Sequence record: SRR20825006_41
Direction: 5' to 3' (one strand)
Length of the DNA stretch: 51,349 nt
The notes under the pieces are model-generated. The model saw only the letters and a program-made list of their open reading frames with translations. It made no database searches and had not been told where the DNA came from. Positions 37,234 to 48,997 of this stretch are shown here, piece by piece; the stretch's first letter is position 1; every line of letters starts with the position of its first letter. The position numbers were made by a program, and so were the translations under genes.

Positions 37234-38124
37234 CTAAAGGCGTGCGAATAAAAGAATTGTAGTTGTCGCAAGGGTTAGAATTGAAACAACTGTGGTTAGT
37301 GATTGCAAACCGGTAGTTCCTACACCTAAAGATTTTTGCGGAAGCGGATTTACCAAAATCACATCGTTAGGCTGAATAAAATAGTACGGCGAATTGAGTG
37401 CATCGATCTTGGTCATATCAATATGATGAATCTTTTTTCCTCCCGGATATTGTCGAATGATCAATACATCGGTACGATCGCCATATTCTGAAATATCACC
37501 ACTATTTACGATAGCGTCTAGTAAAGAAAGTTGTTCTACCAATTCTACTTTAACCCCGGGACTACCTACTTCTCCACCAATAGTGTATTTGATTCCCGCA
37601 AGTTTTACGGTCACAAAAATATTAGCTTCCTCTGTAAAATAATCGTCTAATAATTTTTTCTCTATAATCTCCCGAATCTCTTCAGTAGTGTAGCCCAGCA
37701 CCTGCACTTCACCTAAAGTAGGCAACCGAATTGCCCCGTGCCGATCTACTGCAAATCCATCATAGTAATAGCCTTCCCCCAAATTATTACCTTCCTCACC
37801 ATTTGTTTGCGGGTTGAACAAAGCCACAAGTTCCTGATCCAACGCTTTCACCCGAATGCTCAAAACATCATTGATTTGAACACGATAGGGTTGCTGCTGA
37901 AGATTTACTTGAATAATACTATCTTGAGCCATTTGGGTTTCTTGAAGATAGGTTAGTTTCTTGGTAGGAATACAAGACCCAAGTGTAGTGAAGAACGCCA
38001 AAAGAAGCATTTTGACGATTAAAGGAAAGGTGTTTTGCCTGTAAAAAACTGATTTTCGGGCAAAGCTCCGCTGACTTAAGTCCCATTTTTTAGGGCAAAG
38101 CAACGAATTTGTAGGTATCTTCAT
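37234..38124 (-). CDS. wza: Outer-membrane polysaccharide export lipoprotein (OPX)
   Basis: Lipobox LGSC, YRVQINDVLSI, VDRHGAIRLP.LG, GEVGSPG, GDISEYG, YFIQPND; start ATG 38124 or 38010. Confidence 0.9.
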   Translation of the reverse strand: MKIPTNSLLCPKKWDLSQRSFARKSVFYRQNTFPLIVKMLLLAFFTTLGSCIPTKKLTYLQETQMAQDSIIQVNLQQQPYRVQINDVLSIRVKALDQELVALFNPQTNGEEGNNLGEGYYYDGFAVDRHGAIRLPTLGEVQVLGYTTEEIREIIEKKLLDDYFTEEANIFVTVKLAGIKYTIGGEVGSPGVKVELVEQLSLLDAIVNSGDISEYGDRTDVLIIRQYPGGKKIHHIDMTKIDALNSPYYFIQPNDVILVNPLPQKSLGVGTTGLQSLTTVVSILTLATTTILLFARL

Positions 38125-38147
38125 ACAAGTCGGGATTGCAACTACGA

Positions 38148-38155
38148 CAAATATA
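38148..38155 (-). promoter_or_regulatory. Putative -7 box for the wza operon (second candidate at 38225-38232)
   Basis: Minus strand TATATTTG 23 nt before ATG 38124; TATTTTTG further upstream. Confidence 0.55.
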
Positions 38156-38303
38156 CTTTTTAACAATTAATTGTGAAACTATAAAACCGGTCTTCTTTGT
38201 TAAAGTTATGAGACTCCAGAGCACCAAAAATACAAGCGCCACGCGTAAACTACCTTAGGGAAAGTCCGTGAAGTATTAGTTATAAACAATTTTCAATTTC
38301 AAG

Positions 38304-38347
38304 GCATCCCGATAGCTCTCGGGACGGAGTTCTAAACCCTTTGGCAG
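38304..38347 (+). repeat. Dispersed palindromic repeat, copy 1
   Basis: GCATCCCGATAGCTCTCGGGACGGAGTTCTAAACCCTTTGGCAG, near-identical to 42598-42640. Confidence 0.85.
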
Positions 38348-38433
38348 CGTCAATAGAATGCGTTACCAAAGCACAAACCATAAAACAATACTTAAATAGA
38401 ATTTCAGGAAAAAAAAGGAAACAATTTGGAGTC

Positions 38434-40635
<2,202 letters not shown>

Positions 40636-40656
40636 TAAAGCTTATTCAAATTTGCA

Positions 40657-40700
40657 TACATTTGTATTCTAAATATAGTAATTTCTACAGCACTAACAAA
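40657..40700. promoter_or_regulatory. Divergent promoters for recQ and kdsD-tatC
   Basis: Plus strand TACATTTG 40657-40664; minus strand TTTG(40700-40697)-N19-TATATTTA(40677-40670). Confidence 0.5.
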
Positions 40701-40719
40701 CGGCTTAATCTTATATCTT

Positions 40720-41688
40720 TTGAACACTTACGAGCAGATTTTAGACAGCGCCAAGCGAACCATCGCGATGGAACTCGAAGCTGTCGCTAATCTCCACACG
40801 CTTATTGACCAAGACTTTGCTAAAGCTGTTTCTTGTATCTATAACGCCAAAGGCCGGGTAATTATTTCGGGCGTTGGCAAAAGTGCAATTATAGCGCAAA
40901 AAATAGTAGCTACCTTAAATTCTACAGGAACACCTGCGGTTTTTATGCATGCGGCCGATGCAATACACGGAGATCTGGGCACGATTCAGAAAGATGATGT
41001 GGTGATCTGTTTATCAAACAGCGGAAATACAGCTGAGATCAAAGTGCTGATCCCTTTGATCAAAAATCAGGAAAATACTGTGATTGCGATGACTTCTAAT
41101 AAAGATTCGTTTCTTGCAAAACAGGCAGATGCGTTGATCTTGGCTTACGCCGAAAAAGAGGCGTGCCCACACAATTTGGCACCTACCACAAGCACCACCG
41201 TGCAATTGGTAATGGGCGACGCTTTGGCTTTAGCGCTTTTAGACCTTCGCGGATTTTCAAAAGAAGATTTTGCCAAATACCATCCCGGAGGCGCGCTGGG
41301 TAAGCGCATGTACCTTCGCGTTAACGAACTTGTGGCACTTCACGACAAACCTGAAGTCACTCCGGATACTCCTATAAAAAAGGTAATTGTAGAAATTTCG
41401 CATAAAAGGCTCGGCGTTACCGCTGTTACTGAAGGCTCTAAAATTGTAGGAATTATAACCGATGGCGATATACGCCGTATGTTGGAGACTAATGAAGTGC
41501 TCACCGGTCTAACCGCAGCAAGCATTATGAGCAAAAACCCCAAACGCATCACAACTGATGCTTTAGCAACCGAAGCTTTAGAACTGCTAGAAAGCAATAG
41601 CATCACACAACTCTTAGCAGTAGATAGCGCTAATAATTATGCAGGTGTGGTACATTTGCACGATTTAATTAAAGAAGGAATTCTATAA
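40720..41688 (+). CDS. kdsD: Arabinose-5-phosphate isomerase (KpsF/GutQ family, SIS + 2 CBS)
   Basis: SGVGKS, STGTPA, HGDLG, SNSGNTAE, EACP.NLAPTTST, HPGGALG, CBS pair. Confidence 0.93.
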   Translation: MNTYEQILDSAKRTIAMELEAVANLHTLIDQDFAKAVSCIYNAKGRVIISGVGKSAIIAQKIVATLNSTGTPAVFMHAADAIHGDLGTIQKDDVVICLSNSGNTAEIKVLIPLIKNQENTVIAMTSNKDSFLAKQADALILAYAEKEACPHNLAPTTSTTVQLVMGDALALALLDLRGFSKEDFAKYHPGGALGKRMYLRVNELVALHDKPEVTPDTPIKKVIVEISHKRLGVTAVTEGSKIVGIITDGDIRRMLETNEVLTGLTAASIMSKNPKRITTDALATEALELLESNSITQLLAVDSANNYAGVVHLHDLIKEGIL

Positions 41689-42539
41689 TGGCAAAAAATA
41701 AAAATGCAAACCCGGACGAAATGTCCTTTTTAGATCATCTTGAAGAATTGAGATGGCACCTTATACGCGCTACCCTGGCAATTGTGATTGTGGGTGTAGT
41801 TGCCTTTGTGTTCAAGGATTTTATCTTTGACGCGATCATTTTCGCTCCGGCAAATGCCGATTTCATTTCTTATGATTTGCTTTGCCAATTGGCTCAGATG
41901 GTTGGCTCTGACAAAGGTTGCGTTAATGAGATGAACTTTACAATTCAAAACCGTACGATGGGTGGGCAGTTTAATGCCGCGATCTGGACGTCGATCATAG
42001 TGGGTATTGTGGTCGCCTTCCCGTATGTGATCTATGAATTCTGGAAATTTATTTCTCCAGGCCTTTATGAAAAAGAACGCAAAAACTCGAGAGGTTTTAT
42101 CGTGATCTCCTCGCTCCTCTTTTTTATGGGAGTGCTTTTTGGCTATTATATCATCGCTCCACTCTCCATCAATTTCTTAGCCAATTTTACTGTTGGTGAT
42201 ATGGTAGACAACGAGTTTGATATTGATTCGTATATTGGTTTAGTGCGTGCCAGTGCACTTGCAGCCGGACTCATTTTTGAATTACCGATCATCATCTATT
42301 TCTTTACCAAAATAGGCTTGGTAACGCCGCAATTTTTAAGAAAATACAGAAAATATGCATTGATCATTGTTTTAGTAGTCTCGGCGGTAATCACACCTCC
42401 GGATATTTCAACACAGGTCATTGTATCTATTCCTATTTTGATTTTATATGAAGCGAGTATTTTAATTTCGGCCTTTGTAACGCGCCAGGAAGCTCGTGAA
42501 TTAAAACGCGCACAACAACGCGCTGCAAAAAAACAATAG
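41688..42539 (+). CDS. tatC: Twin-arginine translocase subunit TatC
   Basis: MSFLDHLEELR, FISPGLY..E, FELP, AVITPPD, LYE. Confidence 0.96.
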   Translation: MAKNKNANPDEMSFLDHLEELRWHLIRATLAIVIVGVVAFVFKDFIFDAIIFAPANADFISYDLLCQLAQMVGSDKGCVNEMNFTIQNRTMGGQFNAAIWTSIIVGIVVAFPYVIYEFWKFISPGLYEKERKNSRGFIVISSLLFFMGVLFGYYIIAPLSINFLANFTVGDMVDNEFDIDSYIGLVRASALAAGLIFELPIIIYFFTKIGLVTPQFLRKYRKYALIIVLVVSAVITPPDISTQVIVSIPILILYEASILISAFVTRQEARELKRAQQRAAKKQ

Positions 42540-42597
42540 TCATTTTCATTTGGGGAAGCCCAAAGAACGCACATAAAAACAAATTATCAAATTCGTA

Positions 42598-42640
42598 GCA
42601 TCCCGATAGCTATCGGGACGGAGTATAAACCTTTTGGCAG
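42598..42640 (+). repeat. Dispersed palindromic repeat, copy 2
   Basis: GCATCCCGATAGCTATCGGGACGGAGTATAAACCTTTTGGCAG with perfect 18 bp palindrome at 42601-42618. Confidence 0.85.
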
Positions 42641-42662
42641 AGCCTAAAAATCTCTAAAATAT

Positions 42663-43028
42663 ATGTCAGAAAAGACCTTAAATCAAGTTGAAGAATTCAA
42701 TGCGTATCGCGCAAAAATGAATGATAAAATACTAGCTGATAAAAACAAGATTATCAACCGTATTTTTAATTTAGACACTAATGCATTTGCTCCCGGCGCT
42801 TTAGATGTGAAAACTAAAGAATTGCTTGGGCTGGTAGCTTCCACCGTGCTTCGATGTGACGATTGCGTGCGCTATCACTTAGAAAGCTGTTTTAAAGAAG
42901 GTGTTACCAAAGAACAAGTGATGGAAACGCTAAGTATTGGCACATTGATTGGTGGTACCATAGTAATTCCGCATTTGCGACGCGCTTATGAGTACTGGGA
43001 AGTTCTTGAAGAAAACGCTTCAAAATAA
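42663..43028 (+). CDS. Carboxymuconolactone decarboxylase / AhpD-like protein
   Basis: GALDVKTKELLGL, LRCDDCVRYH (CxxC). Confidence 0.88.
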   Translation: MSEKTLNQVEEFNAYRAKMNDKILADKNKIINRIFNLDTNAFAPGALDVKTKELLGLVASTVLRCDDCVRYHLESCFKEGVTKEQVMETLSIGTLIGGTIVIPHLRRAYEYWEVLEENASK

Positions 43029-43080
43029 TACGTTGACGTAAAAATCAGCGTTTTATGATGCATATCTAAAATATGAGTTT

Positions 43081-43821
43081 ATGAAACTACGAGCAGAAAA
43101 TTTAATGAAGTCCTACAAAGGCCGAAAAGTAGTAAAAAGTATTACTGTTGAGGTTGCGCAGGGCGAAATCGTGGGACTTTTAGGCCCTAACGGCGCCGGT
43201 AAAACCACTTCATTTTATATGATCGTAGGACTCGTTAAGCCTAACGGCGGCACGATCTATCTAGACAATAAAGACATTACCAAATACCCGATGTATAAAC
43301 GTGCACAAAACGGCATTGGGTATCTGGCTCAGGAAGCTTCGGTATTTAGAAAACTGAGTATTGAAGAGAATATTCTGAGCGTTTTGCAGATGACTAAAAT
43401 GAGCAAGAAAGAACAACTCGCCAAGATGGAAGAGCTGATTGATGAATTTAGTCTGGGTCACATTCGCAAAAACCGAGGAGACTTACTTTCTGGTGGGGAA
43501 CGCCGCCGAACTGAGATCGCACGCGCTTTAGCCACCAACCCGAATTTCATTCTCTTAGACGAACCTTTTGCCGGAGTTGACCCGGTAGCGGTTGAAGATA
43601 TTCAGCGTATCGTTGCACAACTAAAACAGAAAAACATAGGTATTTTGATTACAGATCATAACGTTCAAGAAACTTTGGCGATTACTGATCACACCTACCT
43701 CATGTTTGAAGGAAACATTTTAAAACACGGTGTCCCAGAAGAATTAGCAGCAGACGAAATGGTGCGCAAAGTCTATTTAGGCCAAAACTTTGAACTGCGT
43801 AAAAAGAAATTGTTTCAGTAA
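43081..43821 (+). CDS. lptB: LPS export ABC ATPase LptB
   Basis: [56 protein letters not shown]. Confidence 0.96.
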   Translation: MKLRAENLMKSYKGRKVVKSITVEVAQGEIVGLLGPNGAGKTTSFYMIVGLVKPNGGTIYLDNKDITKYPMYKRAQNGIGYLAQEASVFRKLSIEENILSVLQMTKMSKKEQLAKMEELIDEFSLGHIRKNRGDLLSGGERRRTEIARALATNPNFILLDEPFAGVDPVAVEDIQRIVAQLKQKNIGILITDHNVQETLAITDHTYLMFEGNILKHGVPEELAADEMVRKVYLGQNFELRKKKLFQ

Positions 43822-43861
43822 ACATGCAGGTAAAACCAACCTTTATCAGTGCGAATACAAT

Positions 43862-44485
43862 TTAATCAGAAAATACACCGGCATCTCCTTTTGCAATTGC
43901 AACTAATTTGATCAGTTGCTCTTCTAAAATTCGATCTTGAGATAATTCAGGGAGTGAATCTAAAGCAAACCAATTGACTCCCCCAATATCAAAATTAGGA
44001 TCAAAATCCCCTTCGACTATTTCACATAAATAGCACAGTTTGTACACATAATGCGGTTGTGGCGGATGTGGATAATTTCGTTTATCTAATACAGCAAGCA
44101 GACGCTTGACTTCAGCCTTAAATCCGGTTTCCTCAACTATTTCTTTTAGGACATTTTCAGTAGGCGTAAGCCCTACATCTGCCCAACCTCCGGGGAGCGT
44201 CCACTTATTGTCAACGGTTTCTTTAACCAATAGAATCTCGTCTTGATCATTTAGGATCAGTCCGCGCACATCAATTTTGGCTGTAGGGTAATCTCCTTCC
44301 GGCAGAAAAAAATCGTGAAGCTGATCAACAGGCTTATCACTCAAAATACTCATCATCTGCAAAGCAAGCTCCCGAAGTTCTTCATAACGCTCGGCGTCAT
44401 AATTCTCATGGTTGTACACAAGACCGGCTTCTGCTAAGGATTTTACTTGTTTTATTTGGTTGAGTAGATTTTCTGAAATGTTCAT
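43862..44485 (-). CDS. Nudix hydrolase with Nudix_N domain
   Basis: LAEAGL, YDAERY, YPTAKIDVRG, Nudix box GGWADVG...KEIVEETG. Confidence 0.9.
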   Translation of the reverse strand: MNISENLLNQIKQVKSLAEAGLVYNHENYDAERYEELRELALQMMSILSDKPVDQLHDFFLPEGDYPTAKIDVRGLILNDQDEILLVKETVDNKWTLPGGWADVGLTPTENVLKEIVEETGFKAEVKRLLAVLDKRNYPHPPQPHYVYKLCYLCEIVEGDFDPNFDIGGVNWFALDSLPELSQDRILEEQLIKLVAIAKGDAGVFSD

Positions 44486-45222
44486 TAGGTATTACGTGTA
44501 GCGATTGATATTAAAACGTAAGCGATGATAATTAAAGGTATCGCCGCAAAAGTCAACCAAAATAAAAGAATGATCGCCAAGAGTAAAAAGCCGTATCTGA
44601 TCTTATTTTCTGCTAAGCCCCAACTTTTAAATTTTAGGGCAAAAAGTGGAATTTCCGCATTGAGCATATAGCAGCTCAACGCGGTTAATGCCAGTAAAAA
44701 CCAAGTATTAGTGATTAGAGTTTCGGCGATCGCATAATCTTGAAATTGCACAATAAGCGGCAAACTCAAGATCAAAAGGGCATTGGCCGGTGTTGGCAAC
44801 CCGATAAAAGAAGTAGTCTGGCGGGTATCAATATTGAATTTAGCCAGCCTGAATGCTGAAGCTAAGGTGATCGCAAAACCCAAAAACGGAAGTAGCGACA
44901 AACTCTCCCACGACAATCCGGCTTCTACCCAGCGCTCTCCCGTGTTCCAATGCTCTAATTTATGCAACATTTGAAACATCACCATTCCCGGCACTACCCC
45001 ACTTGTAACTACATCGGCCAGCGAATCTAACTGCAGCCCAAGTTCACCTTCCACCTTAAACATCCTGGCGAAAAAACCATCAAAAAAATCAAAAAACACT
45101 CCGGCTACCACGGCATAGGCTGCATAATCTAAATGACCGGTAGCGGCAAAAAACACACCGAGCATTCCGCAAAAAAGATTGGCCATTGTAAATGCGTTGG
45201 GTATATAGCTTTTTATATTCAT
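44485..45222 (-). CDS. pssA: CDP-alcohol phosphatidyltransferase (phosphatidylserine synthase-like)
   Basis: PNAFT..NL, DFFDGFFAR...G.QLDSLAD, RLAKFN, FIGLPTPA. Confidence 0.85.
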   Translation of the reverse strand: MNIKSYIPNAFTMANLFCGMLGVFFAATGHLDYAAYAVVAGVFFDFFDGFFARMFKVEGELGLQLDSLADVVTSGVVPGMVMFQMLHKLEHWNTGERWVEAGLSWESLSLLPFLGFAITLASAFRLAKFNIDTRQTTSFIGLPTPANALLILSLPLIVQFQDYAIAETLITNTWFLLALTALSCYMLNAEIPLFALKFKSWGLAENKIRYGFLLLAIILLFWLTFAAIPLIIIAYVLISIATRNT

Positions 45223-45396
45223 TGATTAAATTGGTGTTATTAGATTTGAGCTGCTGCGGATAAAAATAGCGAAAAACAACGGGCTACAAGAAAGCTTATG
45301 AAACTCCTAACGTTTTTGCATCACCAAAACCAGGAAAAAAATAATGTTTAGATTCTCAATTCATTTAAGCAACTTTACGACAAAATTTTAGCTGTA

Positions 45397-46470
45397 TTGA
45401 AGCACTTCATTACCCTTATTCTTCTTCTTCTTGCTTTTGGTTCTGAGACTTCAGCACAGGCGGTGCGTAAATACTCTAACGAATTTCTCAATATCGGTGT
45501 CGATGCTGCTGCGCTTGCGATGGCGAACGCGGTGACCGCCAACACAAACGACGTTAATAGCGGATATTGGAATCCTGCAGGTCTTGTAAATCTTGAAGAC
45601 AATCAGTTGTCGTTGATGCACGCTAGCTATTTTGCAAATATTGCGCTATATGATTATGCCGCTTTCGCAAAGCCTTTAGACGATCGTACAGCGCTAGGGG
45701 TTTCACTCATCAGGTTTGGCGTTGATGATATTTTAAACACCACCCAACTTATCGATGCCGACGGAAATATAGATTATAACCGCATCAGTTTATTTTCTAC
45801 CGCGGATTATGCTTTTACCGTTTCGTTTGCCAGAGAAATGCCTGTGCAAGGATTGAATATAGGCGCTAACGCAAAGATCATTCGTCGCATTATTGGCGAT
45901 TTTGCGTCGAGTTGGGGCTTTGGAATTGATCTCGGTATACAATATCAAACGGGGGACTGGTATTTTGGTGCAATGGCGCGTGACATCACGACCTCGGTAA
46001 ATACATGGGCAATTGACGAAGAGCAATTTGCGACGATTAGTGATGCGGTTGAAGGTCAAAATCAAGAACTACCCGAAACCTTAGAGGTGACTATCCCAAA
46101 ATTACAATTGGGGGTAGCACGCAATTGGCTTATTAATTATGATTATTCCATAAAAGCTGAAGTTGATTTGATGATGCGCTTTGCTCAAACCAATGACCTG
46201 ATCTCAAGTTCAGCGGTGAGTGCTACACCCGCAGCAGGATTCGAATTTGGTTATACTGGAATTGTGTTCATCAGAGCCGGTGTGGGCAATTTTCAAGAAA
46301 TCACTCAACTCGACGGCAGCAATCGTATAGGATTTCAACCTAACATTGGTGTAGGTTTTCAATACAAAGGGATTCATATTGATTATGCGCTAACCGATAT
46401 TGGTGATCAAAGCGCTGCGATCTATTCTAATATTTTTTCACTGAAATTAGACTGGGAGTTGTTTCGATAG
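45397..46470 (+). CDS. PorV/PorV2-like outer-membrane beta-barrel (FadL-like, T9SS-associated family)
   Basis: Signal peptide; RKYSNEFLNIGV.A.ALAM, YWNPAGL, amphipathic beta strands, IDYA. Confidence 0.78.
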   Translation: MKHFITLILLLLAFGSETSAQAVRKYSNEFLNIGVDAAALAMANAVTANTNDVNSGYWNPAGLVNLEDNQLSLMHASYFANIALYDYAAFAKPLDDRTALGVSLIRFGVDDILNTTQLIDADGNIDYNRISLFSTADYAFTVSFAREMPVQGLNIGANAKIIRRIIGDFASSWGFGIDLGIQYQTGDWYFGAMARDITTSVNTWAIDEEQFATISDAVEGQNQELPETLEVTIPKLQLGVARNWLINYDYSIKAEVDLMMRFAQTNDLISSSAVSATPAAGFEFGYTGIVFIRAGVGNFQEITQLDGSNRIGFQPNIGVGFQYKGIHIDYALTDIGDQSAAIYSNIFSLKLDWELFR

Positions 46471-46482
46471 CAACTTATATTC

Positions 46483-47160
46483 TTAACCCTTTACCGCCCG
46501 AAGCATTTCGCGTTTTCCCGGAGGCCCCGGCAAGCGCTCTACGGTAAAACCAACGGCCTGCATCGCGCGACGCACGCTTCCTTTGGCGGCATATGTCACA
46601 AGTACTCCGCCTGTTTTGAGCGCCGTATACATTTTTTCAAATATAGATTCTCCCCAAAGTTCTGGTTGCACTCGCGCGCCAAACGCATCGAAATAGATCA
46701 AATCATGCTGATCAACATCGATAATAGTTTCAAAGTGCTGCTTCCGTTTTTTAAGCTGAAATGCTTCCGTGATCGTTTCTGTTTGCTCCCAAGAAGTTTG
46801 ATGCATTTTTTCAAAAACAGAAGCATAGGTTTCGGCTTGAGCTGCTTCTAAATAGTTGAGTTGTGCAATTTCTTCTGCAAGTACGGGATACGCTTCCACA
46901 CCTTCATAGTGAATATTTTGCTGAAATTTTTCCGCGTGAATTAACGTAAGCAAGGCATTAAGCCCCGTCCCGAAGCCAATTTCCAGAATGTTCAATAGTC
47001 CAGCCTCCGGATGAAGTTCTTTCCAGAAGTCAAAACCCATTTTTAAGAATACGTGCTTTGCTTCTTGCACAGCACCGTGCATAGAATGGTACTGCTCGTT
47101 CCATTCAGTAAGTTGAATGGTGGTAGAACCGTCACCGGTTTTAACGATTTTTCGCTCCAA
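46483..47160 (-). CDS. mnmD: tRNA mnm5s2U34 methyltransferase (MnmC N-terminal domain-like)
   Basis: TGDGS.T, EQYHS.HGA.QEA.HVF, LEIGFGTGLN, YFDAF...QPELW, GPPGKREM. Confidence 0.88.
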   Translation of the reverse strand: MERKIVKTGDGSTTIQLTEWNEQYHSMHGAVQEAKHVFLKMGFDFWKELHPEAGLLNILEIGFGTGLNALLTLIHAEKFQQNIHYEGVEAYPVLAEEIAQLNYLEAAQAETYASVFEKMHQTSWEQTETITEAFQLKKRKQHFETIIDVDQHDLIYFDAFGARVQPELWGESIFEKMYTALKTGGVLVTYAAKGSVRRAMQAVGFTVERLPGPPGKREMLRAVKG

Positions 47161-47161
47161 A

Positions 47162-47671
47162 TTATTGGTTGATTTTCACACCGGTTGCAGTAAAACCAAG
47201 TGTTTTCTTAGGCATAGTGATCGCCGCAATCTCTTCTTCAGATTTACCGCCATCTTTAGCATAATGTTGTAATTCTTCTACCGAAGTCTCACTCACAAAA
47301 GCCTGCCCGTGCACGACTACCTTCTTGTCTTTAATATCTTTTGGCACAAAAAAGCCATAATCTTTAAACTTGATAAACACAGGATCAGTTGCCCCAACAT
47401 CTACCTGCATCCAACATCCTTTTTTCTGACATACATCTTCCACAGGACCTTCAAAAGTTACATTGATCGTATCCCCCGGCTTTAAGTTGTTATAAATATC
47501 CCCCAGTTCAAAAGCAGATAGCGTAGTTTCATTTTTAAAATCATCACCATAAACAGCCAATTCAGAGGTCGCAACAGCCTCAGCAACTGCTACATCTTCT
47601 TGATTTGAAGCGCCTTCTTTACAAGAAATCAGACCAATACCTAAAAATGCAAATACTAAATACTTTTTCAT
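47162..47671 (-). CDS. DUF4920-like lipoprotein
   Basis: Start reassigned to ATG 47671 (MKKYLVFAFLGIGLISC); VCQKKGCWM, FKDYGFFVP. Confidence 0.8.
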   Translation of the reverse strand: MKKYLVFAFLGIGLISCKEGASNQEDVAVAEAVATSELAVYGDDFKNETTLSAFELGDIYNNLKPGDTINVTFEGPVEDVCQKKGCWMQVDVGATDPVFIKFKDYGFFVPKDIKDKKVVVHGQAFVSETSVEELQHYAKDGGKSEEEIAAITMPKKTLGFTATGVKINQ

Positions 47672-47746
47672 CGTGTATATTTTATTAAAAATAGGATAGC
47701 CTGTAAATTTAATGAATTCTTGCGCACCCGGACTTTGAGAAAATGA

Positions 47747-47754
47747 TAAATTTG
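47747..47754 (+). promoter_or_regulatory. Putative -7 box for ilvE
   Basis: TAAATTTG 20 nt before ATG 47775. Confidence 0.55.
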
Positions 47755-47774
47755 CAGGATAAAATTCAACAATA

Positions 47775-48845
47775 ATGACAGATACATTAAAAGTAACCAA
47801 GATCGCCGAGTCTAAAATCAATCAGGTTGACTTTAGCAATCTCGCTTTTGGTACCGTCTTTACAGACCATATGTTTGTTTGTGAATACAAAAACGGAAAA
47901 TGGCAAACGCCTGAAATCCTTCCTTACGGTCCGCTGCAAATGGATCCTTCTGCAAAGGTTTTTCACTATGGGCAAGCCGTGTTTGAAGGCATGAAAGCCT
48001 ATAAAGATGATAAGGGTGATGTGTATATGTTTCGTCCTGAAGAAAATTTTAACCGCATTAATAAGTCTGGTGAGCGATTGGCAATGCCTGCTTTTGAAAA
48101 AGACTACTTTTTTGACGGTCTAAATACACTTTTAAATCTCGACAAAGATTGGATTAAACCGGGAGAAGGTAATTCGCTTTATATTCGTCCGTTTGTTATC
48201 GCTACGGAAAATGGAGTTTCTGCCTCGCCTTCAAGCGAATATAAATTTGTGATCATTTGCGCACCGGCACAAGCATATTACAGCGGTGAAGTTCGCGTAT
48301 TGTTTGCTGATCATTACAGCCGTTCTGCAGATGGCGGTGTAGGTTTTGCTAAAGCTGCCGGAAACTACGCAGCGCAATTTTACCCAACGGAATTAGCAAA
48401 AGCCAAAGGCTACAACCAAGTAGTTTGGACAGATGCTAATACACACGAATATCTGGAAGAAGCAGGTACTATGAATGTGTTTTTTAGAGTAAACGACACG
48501 CTTCTGACGGCGCCTACAAACGATCGTATTCTTGACGGAATTACCCGTAAGAGTTTGATCGAACTGGCAAAAAGCCAAGGTATCAATGTAGAAGTACGCC
48601 CTGTAAAAGTTGCTGAAATTGTAGAAGCTGCCGAAAATGGCTCGCTTAAAGAAATGTTTGGCGCTGGTACTGCTGCGGTAATCTCGCCAATTTCAGGATT
48701 CACGCATAAAGAGAAAGCTTTTGATCTTCCTAAAATGGAAGACTCATTTGCTACCAAGTTAAAGAAACAATTAACCGAGTTACAAGCAAATCGTGCTGAA
48801 GATCCATTTGGATGGCGTTACGAGGTGCCTGCTATTGAGGTATAA
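47775..48845 (+). CDS. ilvE: Branched-chain amino acid aminotransferase
   Basis: FTDHM, HYGQAVFEGMKAY, LYIRPF, AKAAGNYA, EEAGTMN, ILDGITR, GTAAVISP. Confidence 0.96.
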   Translation: MTDTLKVTKIAESKINQVDFSNLAFGTVFTDHMFVCEYKNGKWQTPEILPYGPLQMDPSAKVFHYGQAVFEGMKAYKDDKGDVYMFRPEENFNRINKSGERLAMPAFEKDYFFDGLNTLLNLDKDWIKPGEGNSLYIRPFVIATENGVSASPSSEYKFVIICAPAQAYYSGEVRVLFADHYSRSADGGVGFAKAAGNYAAQFYPTELAKAKGYNQVVWTDANTHEYLEEAGTMNVFFRVNDTLLTAPTNDRILDGITRKSLIELAKSQGINVEVRPVKVAEIVEAAENGSLKEMFGAGTAAVISPISGFTHKEKAFDLPKMEDSFATKLKKQLTELQANRAEDPFGWRYEVPAIEV

Positions 48846-48879
48846 AACGTTTTGATTTCGCTTTCGCGAAAATGACACT

Positions 48880-48916
48880 AAAAAGCTCCTTGCAAACTAT
48901 TGCAAGGAGCTTTTTT
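48880..48916 (+). terminator. Intrinsic terminator after ilvE
   Basis: AAAAAGCTCCTTGCAA-acta-TTGCAAGGAGCTTTTTT. Confidence 0.9.
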
Positions 48917-48943
48917 ATACGCAGTAATCAGGCGCACTAAGGT

Positions 48944-48974
48944 TTTGTGTTTGCCTACTTTAAATGTATTTTTG
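48944..48974 (+). promoter_or_regulatory. Bacteroidota housekeeping promoter for the PPIase gene
   Basis: TTTG (48944-48947)-N19-TATTTTTG (48967-48974). Confidence 0.7.
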
Positions 48975-48997
48975 CACCTCATTTTTAATTTGATACG

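Noticed and set aside
38255-38275. GGGAAAGTCCG resembling the RNase P RNA GAGGAAAGUCC motif
   Set aside because: The flanking sequence lacks the other conserved RNase P segments, and the AT-rich gap is too short for rnpB
40720-43821. kdsD-tatC-CMD-lptB as part of the glycan system
   Set aside because: Separated by recQ, divergently transcribed, and explained as housekeeping LPS and export genes
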